DNA of 64,000 nt from an uncultured Desulfovibrionales bacterium (GTDB lineage Bacteria; Desulfobacterota; Desulfovibrionia; Desulfovibrionales; Desulfomicrobiaceae), in assembly GCA_963545205.1 (NCBI GenBank), contig CAUUHW010000002.1, positions 220,409 to 284,408 of the forward strand, given 5' to 3'. Positions 42,400 through 51,615 of the stretch are shown piece after piece. The notes below the pieces were generated by a model. It made no database searches. It saw only the letters and a program-made list of their open reading frames with translations, and was not told the origin of the DNA. Each line of letters begins with the position of its first letter. The stretch's first letter is position 1. The translations under genes and the position numbers were made by a program.

Positions 42400-43596
42400 A
42401 TGAAATCTTTTGATGAACAGCTGGCCCTTATCCAGCGTGGGTGCAGCGAACTGATAAATGAGCAGGAACTGAAAAAAAAGCTGCAAAAAGGAACACCTCT
42501 GCGGGTAAAGGTCGGTTTTGACCCGACTGCGCCTGATCTGCATCTGGGGCATACGGTTTTACTGCAAAAAATGAAACATTTTCAGGAACTGGGGCATGAC
42601 GTTCTGTTTCTGATCGGTGATTTTACAGGTATGATCGGCGATCCAACCGGCAAATCAGAAACCAGAAAAAAGCTGAGCCGCGAGGATGTGGAACGCAACG
42701 CGCAAACCTATAAGAACCAGCTGTTCAAGATTCTTCACAAGGACAAAACCCAGGTGCTGTTTAATTCCGCCTGGCTGGATAGCTTTACAGCAGTTGACTT
42801 TATTGAACTGTGTTCCAAACATACAGTGGCCAGAATGATGGAACGCGACGATTTTGAAAAACGGTTCAAGGCTGGCCAGCCGATTTCCATTCACGAATTT
42901 CTCTACCCCCTGCTGCAAGGTTATGATTCCGTGGCCATGAAAGCGGACGTGGAACTTGGCGGCACAGACCAGAAATTCAATCTGCTGGTTGGACGCGGCC
43001 TGCAAAGCGCGCACGGTATGGAACCACAGGTTGTGCTCACCATGCCCCTGCTGGTTGGACTTGATGGTGTCCAGAAGATGAGCAAATCACTGGGCAATTA
43101 CGTGGGCATTGATGAAAGCCCCAAGGATATGTTTGGCAAGCTGATGTCCATTTCTGATGAGCTGATGTGGAACTACTATGAGCTGCTTTCTGACCGCAGT
43201 CTGGAGGAAATCAGGAAACTGAAAGCAGATGTCGCGGCAGACCGTGCCCATCCGCGTCAGGTCAAGGAAGATCTGGCCAGGGAAATCATCACCCGTTTTC
43301 ATGACGCGCAGGCGGCCGAGATTGCGGCCCGTGAATTTGCTGCGGTTTTTTCCGCCCAGGGTATTCCCGAAGATATTCAGGAGTACGCGGCCGCAAGTGG
43401 CGATCAGTTACTGGACATTCTGACAGCAAGCGGCCTTTGCGCCTCCAAGGGTGAAGGGCGGCGGCTGTTTACCCAGGGAGCAATTTCCCTTGACGGAAAC
43501 AAAATCAAGGATATGAGCTATTGTTTGCCTGCGGGAGAATACATCCTGAAAGTGGGCAAAAAAAGATTTTTGAAACTCAGGGCCGAGTCTGCCTGA
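42400..43596 (+). CDS. tyrS: tyrosine--tRNA ligase
   Basis: HLGH (PDLHLGH) and KMSKS motifs, with a C-terminal S4-like domain. ATG 42400 (MKSFDEQL). Confidence 0.95.
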   Translation: MKSFDEQLALIQRGCSELINEQELKKKLQKGTPLRVKVGFDPTAPDLHLGHTVLLQKMKHFQELGHDVLFLIGDFTGMIGDPTGKSETRKKLSREDVERNAQTYKNQLFKILHKDKTQVLFNSAWLDSFTAVDFIELCSKHTVARMMERDDFEKRFKAGQPISIHEFLYPLLQGYDSVAMKADVELGGTDQKFNLLVGRGLQSAHGMEPQVVLTMPLLVGLDGVQKMSKSLGNYVGIDESPKDMFGKLMSISDELMWNYYELLSDRSLEEIRKLKADVAADRAHPRQVKEDLAREIITRFHDAQAAEIAAREFAAVFSAQGIPEDIQEYAAASGDQLLDILTASGLCASKGEGRRLFTQGAISLDGNKIKDMSYCLPAGEYILKVGKKRFLKLRAESA

Positions 43597-43628
43597 AAGC
43601 ACAGCAACCAGAGTTGCGGGAGAAAAAA

Positions 43629-45065
43629 ATGAAAACTGACTTTCCAAGCTATCGCGGCGAGATGGAATATTGCTGTCTGGAATGCGGGCAACGTTACAGC
43701 GCGGATCAGCTCCTGTACACCTGTCCACAGTGCAGGGGTGTTTTTTTACTTGAAAACACCTGTCAGGAAGAACTGACCCGGACCAGCGCGAAGCAGTGGC
43801 AAGAGCTGTTTGATAAGCGGGCTGCTACCCGCCAGAACAGCCTGCGCGGTATTTTTCGTTTTTACGAACTTATCGCGCCGGTTATGGAAGCGGACGATAT
43901 TGTGTATCTGGGTGAAGGTAACACCCCGATCATTGACGCCGCGCCGGATTTAAGCCAAAAAATCGGCCAGCCCTTTGCCTATAAAAACGACGGCCAGAAT
44001 CCATCCGCCTCGTTCAAGGACAGAGGCATGGCCTGCGCTTTCAGCTATCTCAAACAGCAGGCCCGCATCCACAACTGGGAGCAGATACTGACCGTGTGCG
44101 CCTCTACCGGCGACACCTCGGCGGCAGCGGCCCAGTACGCGGCTTATGTCGGCAAACCGCTGACCTCTGTTGTTCTGCTCCCGCAGGGCAAGGTCACGCC
44201 GCAGCAACTCAGTCAGCCACTTGGCAGCGGCGCGACAGTTCTGGAGATCCCGGGAGTCTTTGACGACTGCATGAAGGTCGTTGAATTTTTGGCTGATAAT
44301 TTTCGCGTGGCTCTGCTCAATTCCAAAAACGCTTGGCGCATTCTGGGCCAGGAATCTTACGCCTATGAAATCGCGCAGTGGTACGGCTGGCAGGTGGCAG
44401 ACAAGGCTGTTTTTGTCCCCATAGGCAACGCCGGAAACATCACAGCGGTTATGAACGGCTTTCTGAAACTCAGGCAACTGGGCATTATTCAGGAACTGCC
44501 CCGTCTCTTTGGCGTACAGTCCAGTCACGCGGATCCGGTTTTTCGCTACTACGACCAGCCACAAGACTCGCGCCGGTTTGCGCCGGTCAAGGTACGTCCC
44601 AGCGTGGCCCAGGCTGCAATGATCGGCAACCCTGTCTCTTTTCCGCGCGTGCGGCATCTGGTCGAGAAGTATCTGGCCCTGGACGGTGATTTCCATGTTG
44701 TGCAGGTTGAAGAACAGGCGATCATGGACGCCATGCTCCTGGCCAACAAACACGGTCATATCGCCTGTACCCAGGGCGGTGAATGTCTGGCCGGTCTGTT
44801 ACGGGCCAGGGAACTTGGACTGATTAAAGGCAGTGAAACCGCCATTCTGGATGCCACCGCGCACAGCCTGAAATTTTCCGGGTTCCAGCAAATGTATTTT
44901 GAGAACACTTTCCCCCCGGAATATGAGGTCAACCCTGACCCACATGCTGTCAATCAGCCGGAACTGGTTCTGGCCCCTGAACGCAAGGCCAGGCTGAGCG
45001 AAAAAGACTTTATTCAGGCTGCGGCGGAACAGATTGTACATAAACTCGGTTTACAGCATAAATAA
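43629..45065 (+). CDS. thrC: threonine synthase with N-terminal zinc ribbon
   Basis: CLECG...CPQCRG ribbon, the PLP lysine motif (NPSASFKDRG) and the long-form ThrC layout. ATG 43629. Confidence 0.88.
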   Translation: MKTDFPSYRGEMEYCCLECGQRYSADQLLYTCPQCRGVFLLENTCQEELTRTSAKQWQELFDKRAATRQNSLRGIFRFYELIAPVMEADDIVYLGEGNTPIIDAAPDLSQKIGQPFAYKNDGQNPSASFKDRGMACAFSYLKQQARIHNWEQILTVCASTGDTSAAAAQYAAYVGKPLTSVVLLPQGKVTPQQLSQPLGSGATVLEIPGVFDDCMKVVEFLADNFRVALLNSKNAWRILGQESYAYEIAQWYGWQVADKAVFVPIGNAGNITAVMNGFLKLRQLGIIQELPRLFGVQSSHADPVFRYYDQPQDSRRFAPVKVRPSVAQAAMIGNPVSFPRVRHLVEKYLALDGDFHVVQVEEQAIMDAMLLANKHGHIACTQGGECLAGLLRARELGLIKGSETAILDATAHSLKFSGFQQMYFENTFPPEYEVNPDPHAVNQPELVLAPERKARLSEKDFIQAAAEQIVHKLGLQHK

Positions 45066-45073
45066 GGCCGGAC

Positions 45074-45328
45074 ATGGAAGACGAAAAAGGGCTCTACTAT
45101 TATCCCAATCCGGCCAATCGCAAGGAACGCATGTATGTACAGGTAACAGACGGCGTTATCCAGTTCCGGCTCTGGAATCAGGACGTGGCTGAACTGTGGG
45201 AAAAACACGGCTGGCTTGACTACGATCTGGTGAAACGGGCCGCGGCCCTGTATACGGGAGACGGCCCGAATCCACTTGACCTTTACGACTTGGAAAGTGC
45301 CCGCTTTTTATTACAACTCAAAAAATAA
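45074..45328 (+). CDS. small conserved-looking hypothetical protein
   Basis: 84-aa ORF tightly spaced between thrC and pyc. No motif recognised. Confidence 0.5.
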   Translation: MEDEKGLYYYPNPANRKERMYVQVTDGVIQFRLWNQDVAELWEKHGWLDYDLVKRAAALYTGDGPNPLDLYDLESARFLLQLKK

Positions 45329-45358
45329 CACTGCAAACGATCTGGTTGCGAGGACAGT

Positions 45359-48300
45359 ATGAAAAAAGATTTTGCCCAAGTGGTAGAAGAGATTCGGGGA
45401 AAAAAAATTCTGGTGGCCAACCGCGGGATTCCGGCCAGAAGAATTGTGCGCTCCATCAGCGAAATTTTTCAGGCCATTCCACTGGTCACAGCAACTGATG
45501 TAGACAAAACCGCTCCCTTTACCGCCGGGGCACATGAACTGTTCTTGCTTGGAAGCGATCACCGTGCCTACCTGAATGTGGATCAGATTATCCGCATGGC
45601 CAAAGCGCGCGGCGTGGTGGCCATTCATCCCGGCTGGGGTTTTGCTTCCGAAGACGATACCTTCCCTGACAAATGCGTTCAGGCCGACATGCTTTTTATT
45701 GGCCCGCCAGCACAGGCCATGCATATTCTGGGTAACAAGGTGCAGGTGCGTCAGCTGGCACAGAAAATCGGCATTCCGGTTGTACCCGGTTCTGAGGGCG
45801 CGGTCACCCTGGAAGAAGCGCGGGAATGTATCGCCAAAATCGGTCTGCCGGTCATGCTCAAGGCCGAAGGCGGTGGCGGTGGACGCGGTATTTATGAAGT
45901 TTATACCCAGGAACAGCTGGAATCGGCCTTTTCCAAGGCTTCCGCACTCGCTCAGGCCTCTTTTGGCAATCCCAGGCTGTTTGTGGAACGCCTGCTGACA
46001 TCCATTCGGCACATTGAAATTCAGGTCATTGCCGACAGATACGGCAATATCTTTGCCTTTGACGAACGTGACTGCACAGTACAGCGCAATCACCAGAAAC
46101 TGATTGAAATCACCCCGTCACCCTGGCCGCTGATGACACCGCAGCTGCGGGAAAAACTGAAAGGCTACGCCGAACGCCTGGTACGTGAGGTTGCCTACCA
46201 TTCTCTGGCCACGGTTGAATTTCTGGTTGATGAACAGGGCACTCCCTATCTGATTGAAGTCAATACCCGCTTGCAGGTCGAACACGGGATTACAGAATGT
46301 CGTTATGGCATTGACCTGGTGGAAGAACAGATTGCCGTGGCCTTTGGCGCCGAACTGCGCCTCAAAAAAGAAACGACCCTGCCCCATTCACACGCCATGC
46401 AGGTGCGTATCAACTGCGAAGACCCACGGAACAATTTTTCGCCCAACTCCGGGCGCATTACCCGTTACCTGTCTCCGGGCGGGCAGGGTGTGCGCGTTGA
46501 TTCCTGTATTTCCGGCGGCTATGAATTTCCCAGCCATTATGATTCCGCTGCCGCCCTGCTCATTACCTATGGCAAATCCTGGGAAAAGGTGCTGGCGACC
46601 ATGGAACGCGCCCTGCGGGAATATACTGTAAGCGGCGTAAAAACCACCATTCCCTTTCACCGGCAGGTAATCAAACATCCTGTTTTCAGAAGCGGCCTGT
46701 ACCATACCAGATTTATCGCCATGACTTCAGAGTTGCTCCACTACTGGGACAAGGAAGCGGAATCCGTACGCCTGTCCCGCCTGGTCGCCCAGATTTCAGC
46801 CAAAGGATACAACCCCTATCTGCAACTGGGCGAATACCGGCGGCGGGACGGCAAACGAATGGGTCGTTTTGAACCTTCACTGCCGCGCATAGAACCGGAA
46901 TACTGCTCTTCGCTCTATCCGCGCCATGATCGGGACGCGACTCTGGATTACGTGCGGGACAGTGGCTATATCCATTTCACTGATACCAGTACCCGTGACA
47001 ATACCCAGTCAAACAGCAGCAACCGCTTCCGGCTGGCAGAAGACCGTCTGGTTGGTCCCTATCTGGATAACTGCGGCTTTTTTTCCATTGAAAACGGCGG
47101 AGGCGCGCACTTCCATGTGGCCATGATGGCCAATATGACCTATCCGTTTTATGAGGCGGAAGAATGGAACAAGTTTGCCCCTAACACCCTGAAACAACTG
47201 CTTATCCGTTCCACAAACGTGCTGGGCTACAAACCGCAGCCCAAAAATGTCATGCGCCGCACCGGTGAGATGATCTGTGAACACTATGATGTGGTGCGCT
47301 GTTTTGACTTTTTGAACCATATTGAAAACATGCGCCCGTTCGCAGAAGTGGCCATGAACTCGACCCGCAATATTTTTGAACCGGCCATCTCCCTAACCCA
47401 GGCCGCGGGATTTGATATTGCCCACTACATGCGGGTCGTGGAAGAAATCATGGCCATGATCCAGAGTGTCAGTGGATTTTCCGGTGCCAAGACACAAAAA
47501 TCCTTTATTCTGGGCTTAAAAGACATGGCCGGCATGTGTTCTCCAACCTTTATCCGCGAACTTGTCACCGCCATTCGCAAGACTTATCCAGACCTGCTCC
47601 TGCACTATCACCGCCATTACACAGACGGACTCTTTGTTCCGGCGGTTGGCGCGGCAGCCAAGGCTGGGGTCCAGATTCTGGACGTTGCCATGGGCGCGAC
47701 CGTACGCAGCTATGGCCAAGGCGAGGTATTGTCCACAGCAGCCTATCTGGAAGAGCTGGGCCTGAAAACGAATCTGAACAAGGAGATGATTCGTTCCTGT
47801 AATTTTGTGTTCAAACAGATTATGCCCTACTACGACCGCTACGTAGCGCCATATTTTCAGGGCATTGATTATGATGTTGTGGAACATGGAATGCCCGGCG
47901 GAGCAACCTCTTCATCGCAGGAAGGGGCCATGAAGCAGGGATATATCCATCTGCTGCCCTATATGCTCAAATTTCTGGCCGGCACCAGAAAAATCGTCCG
48001 GTACCATGATGTGACACCGGGATCGCAGATTACCTGGAATACGGCTTTTCTGGCCGTAACCGGTGCCTTCAAGCAGGGCGGGCTTCGTTCAGTCAGACAT
48101 TTGCTCCATGTGCTGGATACAGTGGTCAACACGCCGGAAAATGAACTGAGTGAAGCCATCAAGCGGGATCGGCTCATACTCTATCAGAACAGCAATGACG
48201 CGTTTCGGGATTTGCTGCTTGGTAAATATGGCCGTATGCCACTGGGTTTTCCACCCGACTGGGTGTATGAAAGTGTCTTTGGGCCCGAATACCAGACAGA

Positions 48301-49039
48301 TATGAGCACGCGCACGGAAAATTCGCCGCTACTGAACCTTGAACCTGTCAAACTGGAATCAGAACGAAAACAACTGGCAACAACCCTGCAGCGCGACCCC
48401 ACGGACAGCGAATTTGTCATGTACCTCAACCACCCGGGAGACGCGCTCAAGACAATTGAGTTCAACAACAAATTTGGCGAGCCGAACCAGGTTCCGCTTG
48501 ACGTGTGGTTTGAGGGGCTGGAAACAGGTCAGTCCTTGCTTTTCAAGGACTCTACTGGCCGTCTGCATGAAATGACAATGCTGAATATCTCAGCAGCTGA
48601 TGATAACGGCATGTCTGAATGCCGCTACAGCCTTGACTCTGAATTTTTTACCGAGCAGGTCAAAGTCAGTGAGGGAAGCGGCAAAACCCAGAATATCATG
48701 GAGACAGCAGATCCGGCCAACCCGTATCATATTGGATCGCCAAGCGCCGGCGACCTGTGGATTATGCATGTCAAGGCCGGAGATATGGTCAAAAAGGGCG
48801 AGGAAGTCTGCAATGTTTCCATCATGAAGCAGGAAAAGGCTGTTCTGGCGCCCATTGACGCGCGGGTCAAACGGGTATTGAAAACAGCGGACTATGAATG
48901 CGACAAAATCATGGTGCCGGTCAAGGAACGTGAACTGCTTATAGAACTGGAACCGCCGCGCAAACTCTGCTCAACCTGTAAGCAACCGGCTGCAGTTGAA
49001 AACGGTCAGTTCTGCGCCTTCTGCGGGCAGAAAATGTAG
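45359..49039 (+). CDS. pyc: pyruvate carboxylase (single-chain BC-CT-BCCP) with C-terminal Cys4 tail
   Basis: Biotin carboxylase ATP-grasp (KILVANRGIPARRI, MLKAEGGGGGRGI), a carboxyltransferase TIM barrel (HYHRHYTDG) and a biotinyl lysine context (VSIMKQEK). Ends with CSTCK-N10-CAFCGQKM. Confidence 0.93.
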   Translation: MKKDFAQVVEEIRGKKILVANRGIPARRIVRSISEIFQAIPLVTATDVDKTAPFTAGAHELFLLGSDHRAYLNVDQIIRMAKARGVVAIHPGWGFASEDDTFPDKCVQADMLFIGPPAQAMHILGNKVQVRQLAQKIGIPVVPGSEGAVTLEEARECIAKIGLPVMLKAEGGGGGRGIYEVYTQEQLESAFSKASALAQASFGNPRLFVERLLTSIRHIEIQVIADRYGNIFAFDERDCTVQRNHQKLIEITPSPWPLMTPQLREKLKGYAERLVREVAYHSLATVEFLVDEQGTPYLIEVNTRLQVEHGITECRYGIDLVEEQIAVAFGAELRLKKETTLPHSHAMQVRINCEDPRNNFSPNSGRITRYLSPGGQGVRVDSCISGGYEFPSHYDSAAALLITYGKSWEKVLATMERALREYTVSGVKTTIPFHRQVIKHPVFRSGLYHTRFIAMTSELLHYWDKEAESVRLSRLVAQISAKGYNPYLQLGEYRRRDGKRMGRFEPSLPRIEPEYCSSLYPRHDRDATLDYVRDSGYIHFTDTSTRDNTQSNSSNRFRLAEDRLVGPYLDNCGFFSIENGGGAHFHVAMMANMTYPFYEAEEWNKFAPNTLKQLLIRSTNVLGYKPQPKNVMRRTGEMICEHYDVVRCFDFLNHIENMRPFAEVAMNSTRNIFEPAISLTQAAGFDIAHYMRVVEEIMAMIQSVSGFSGAKTQKSFILGLKDMAGMCSPTFIRELVTAIRKTYPDLLLHYHRHYTDGLFVPAVGAAAKAGVQILDVAMGATVRSYGQGEVLSTAAYLEELGLKTNLNKEMIRSCNFVFKQIMPYYDRYVAPYFQGIDYDVVEHGMPGGATSSSQEGAMKQGYIHLLPYMLKFLAGTRKIVRYHDVTPGSQITWNTAFLAVTGAFKQGGLRSVRHLLHVLDTVVNTPENELSEAIKRDRLILYQNSNDAFRDLLLGKYGRMPLGFPPDWVYESVFGPEYQTDMSTRTENSPLLNLEPVKLESERKQLATTLQRDPTDSEFVMYLNHPGDALKTIEFNNKFGEPNQVPLDVWFEGLETGQSLLFKDSTGRLHEMTMLNISAADDNGMSECRYSLDSEFFTEQVKVSEGSGKTQNIMETADPANPYHIGSPSAGDLWIMHVKAGDMVKKGEEVCNVSIMKQEKAVLAPIDARVKRVLKTADYECDKIMVPVKERELLIELEPPRKLCSTCKQPAAVENGQFCAFCGQKM

Positions 49040-49648
49040 GTCATTTTAATCTGCGAGAAGCGAGGCATGACAAGGAAAGACAAGTATTGTTGCCGTCTGT
49101 AAAGCTTTTTGTCATTAATTTAGAGAGATTCATGGTTGCAAAAATTATAATTGGAATTGCTATTAGTCTTGTGAGCGTTTTTTTCTGCCAGAAGGATGAT
49201 ACCAAGAAGAAAGGATTGCAAGAAACATGGCAATCACATTTATAGCATCTATTGGTTCTTCATTTATGTACGGGGGATTTTTGGGTGTAATGGCTATTGG
49301 AGAGATTGCCATAGAACATGGCATTCCTTCTTGTATTTTTGGAAGCACTGAATAAGCGATCAAATCTCCTAACAAATGGCTAGTAAAAAGTGTTTGTTTC
49401 TAGCTATTGCATTTTTCTCTACCGTTTTTGCAATTTTTGAAAGTGTTGCGTCTGGAACGATAACTAAATCATAAAGAAAAATAACATGAAAAAAGTTTTT
49501 TTAACTTGTTGCTTACTTGTGATATATGCCATCGACTATTTTCTGAGCTTCGGCATAATCAATAGTCATGGCTTTTAACGTATAAATTTCATTGTTGTTT
49601 GGTATTGGGACGGACACTTCGGCCTACTTAGGAGGTAGGACTGGAGGT

Positions 49649-49933
49649 ATGACGAGACATGGTGTTAATGAGTACCCAACGGTGGAGTTGGTAACCAGTG
49701 TCCAGTGTCGACGCTGGACACTGGATGAGAAGCTTCGAATCGTGGAGGAGTCTTCCCGCTCAGGGATGAACGTGTCCTAATGTGGCCCGCAAAACGGGAT
49801 TGCTCCAATCCTTTTATTTCGCTGGAGGAAGCTTATGAGTGAAGGCGGTAGAGCGGCAGTAAAGGCCAATGTTCAGATCTCAAAGGCTGAAACAGAAGCC
49901 ATGGAAAAACGCATCAATGATTTGCGACAGTAA
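49649..49933 (+). pseudogene. IS3/IS66-type transposase orfA (HTH) remnant with no catalytic ORF
   Basis: ...RRWTLDEKLRIVEESSRSGMNVS*CGPQNGIAPILLFRWRKLMSEGGRAAVKA...EKRINDLRQ*. There is an in-frame TAA at 49778, and the expected VARK segment is readable only in the +1 frame. This implies one inserted and one deleted base. No transposase follows. Confidence 0.65.
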
Positions 49934-50085
49934 CGATTCGCCTTTAATTTTCCCCCCCCTTTCTTCTATACAATAAAAATCACTTCTTATTTCAACTCAT
50001 TAAAAAATGAGAAAAAATAAAAGGGAAAAAATCATACTACCGGATCCCCTGAGACATACAACGAGTTGTAATGGAGCATCTAGAG

Positions 50086-50113
50086 GATTACTGCCGCACA
50101 AGCAGATTAAAAC
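50086..50113 (+). repeat. solitary degenerate type I-F CRISPR repeat
   Basis: GATTACTGCCGCACAAGCAGATTAAAAC matches the array repeat GATTACTGCCGCATAGGCAGATTAGAAA at 24/28 positions. One change weakens the Cas6f hairpin. No convincing neighbouring repeat lies at a 60-nt period. Confidence 0.6.
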
Positions 50114-50192
50114 GCATCAACATCTTTATTAAATTAAGCAAGAAAGCATACTCCGAAAACAGAATTCCTCCCACACAGAAGCAATCAACAAT

Positions 50193-50606
50193 CTAAAATC
50201 TAAAACATGTGACCGCTTCTTCTGTGCGTTCAAACATTTCCGGCCCGTGCTCCAGCCCGGCCAGATGAAGCAGACCATGCGCGAGCAAACGGACAAGGTG
50301 TTCACCAACGGACTGGCCGTATAGCACACATTCCCGTGCCAAAGCCGCGCGGCTGAGTACCAGTTCGCCCAGCGTGTCTTCCGCTCCGGCCTGCTCTGCT
50401 GCCGGAAAACTCAAAATATTGGTCGGGCCGATACAGCCCAGAAACCGCTCATTCAACCCCGCGATTTCCTGGTCATCAACGCAGCTCAGGCTGACATCTC
50501 CGGTCAGCGCCAAAAAATCGGTCAAGGAGGCAAGCAGCCCTTCAAGCTCCCGCGCGCACAGGGGAAAAAATGGCAACAAATTGCCGCGAACGCTTATCCC
50601 GCTCAT
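50193..50606 (-). CDS. ybeY: rRNA maturation endoribonuclease YbeY
   Basis: HGLLHLAGLEH zinc-binding motif. 137 aa. Overlaps the phoH stop. Confidence 0.9.
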   Translation of the reverse strand: MSGISVRGNLLPFFPLCARELEGLLASLTDFLALTGDVSLSCVDDQEIAGLNERFLGCIGPTNILSFPAAEQAGAEDTLGELVLSRAALARECVLYGQSVGEHLVRLLAHGLLHLAGLEHGPEMFERTEEAVTCFRF

Positions 50607-51601
50607 TTTTTATCCTGTTCAAAACGGTCATAGGCCCGCACAATCCTGCTCACCAAAGGGTGACGAATGACGTCCGCCTCACTGAACTGAATAAAGGTCA
50701 CTCCTTCAACACGGGACAGAACACGCTGGGCCTCAATCAGACCGGAAACTGAACGCTGCGGCAAATCAACCTGGGTTACGTCGCCGGTTACGACCACCTG
50801 GGAACCGCTTCCCATACGGGTCAAGAGCATTTTCATCTGCTCACGGGTTGTATTCTGGGCTTCGTCCAAAATAACAAAGGCCTTATTCAGAGTACGTCCG
50901 CGCATAAAGGCCAGGGGAGCGATTTCAATGGTTCCGTCTTCCAGCATTTCCTGCACCTTTGCCGCGTCAAGCATATCGTACAGCGCGTCATATAATGGGC
51001 GCAGATAAGGATTGATTTTTTCTGCCAGATCGCCGGGTAAAAATCCGAGCTTTTCACCCGCTTCCACTGCCGGACGGGTCAGAACAATGCGCCTGACCTC
51101 TTTTTTCAGCAACCTGGCAACCGCCATGGCCACCGCCAGATAAGTCTTACCAGTTCCAGCCGGGCCGATACCAAAGGTCAGGTCACATTCGCGCATTGAA
51201 CGCAGGTACTCACTCTGACTCAGATTTCTCGCACTCAAGGTTTTTTTGGGAGAAACCGTAAAAATATTTTTTTTGAAAAAGGCGGCAATGTCTGTATCCG
51301 GTTCACGGCTTAAAACCTGCATGGCGCACTGAATATCATGGCTATGGAGACTATGCCCGCGCGCAACCAGGCTGTACAGCTGTTCAAGCAGCACTCTGAC
51401 CAGCTCACGCTGGACCTTGTCAGTGCTTCGCAGAACAAGCGTGTTGCCCCTGCTTTCAAGTTCCACTCCTGTCGCGGCGTGAATGGCAAGCAAATGGCGG
51501 CCTTGTGAGCCAATCAGCTCTCGGACATAATCACTTTCTTCAAAAGATAAAACTATGGACTCGGACATGCCCTTCCCTGCAGTTTTTTTGCTCACGTCCA
51601 T
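50603..51601 (-). CDS. PhoH-family ATPase (YbeZ-like)
   Basis: GPAGTGKTYLAVA Walker A, FVILDEAQN, and an N-terminal KH-like region. Classical ybeZ-ybeY pairing. Confidence 0.9.
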   Translation of the reverse strand: MDVSKKTAGKGMSESIVLSFEESDYVRELIGSQGRHLLAIHAATGVELESRGNTLVLRSTDKVQRELVRVLLEQLYSLVARGHSLHSHDIQCAMQVLSREPDTDIAAFFKKNIFTVSPKKTLSARNLSQSEYLRSMRECDLTFGIGPAGTGKTYLAVAMAVARLLKKEVRRIVLTRPAVEAGEKLGFLPGDLAEKINPYLRPLYDALYDMLDAAKVQEMLEDGTIEIAPLAFMRGRTLNKAFVILDEAQNTTREQMKMLLTRMGSGSQVVVTGDVTQVDLPQRSVSGLIEAQRVLSRVEGVTFIQFSEADVIRHPLVSRIVRAYDRFEQDKK

Positions 51602-51615
51602 AACAAACAGACGAA

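Noticed and set aside
50032-50059. A possible second degenerate repeat (TCATACTACCGGATCCCCTGAGACATAC) upstream of the orphan repeat, which would make a two-repeat relic.
   Set aside because: Only about 13/28 identities, the hairpin is destroyed, and the spacing (26 nt) is non-canonical. It is indistinguishable from background.
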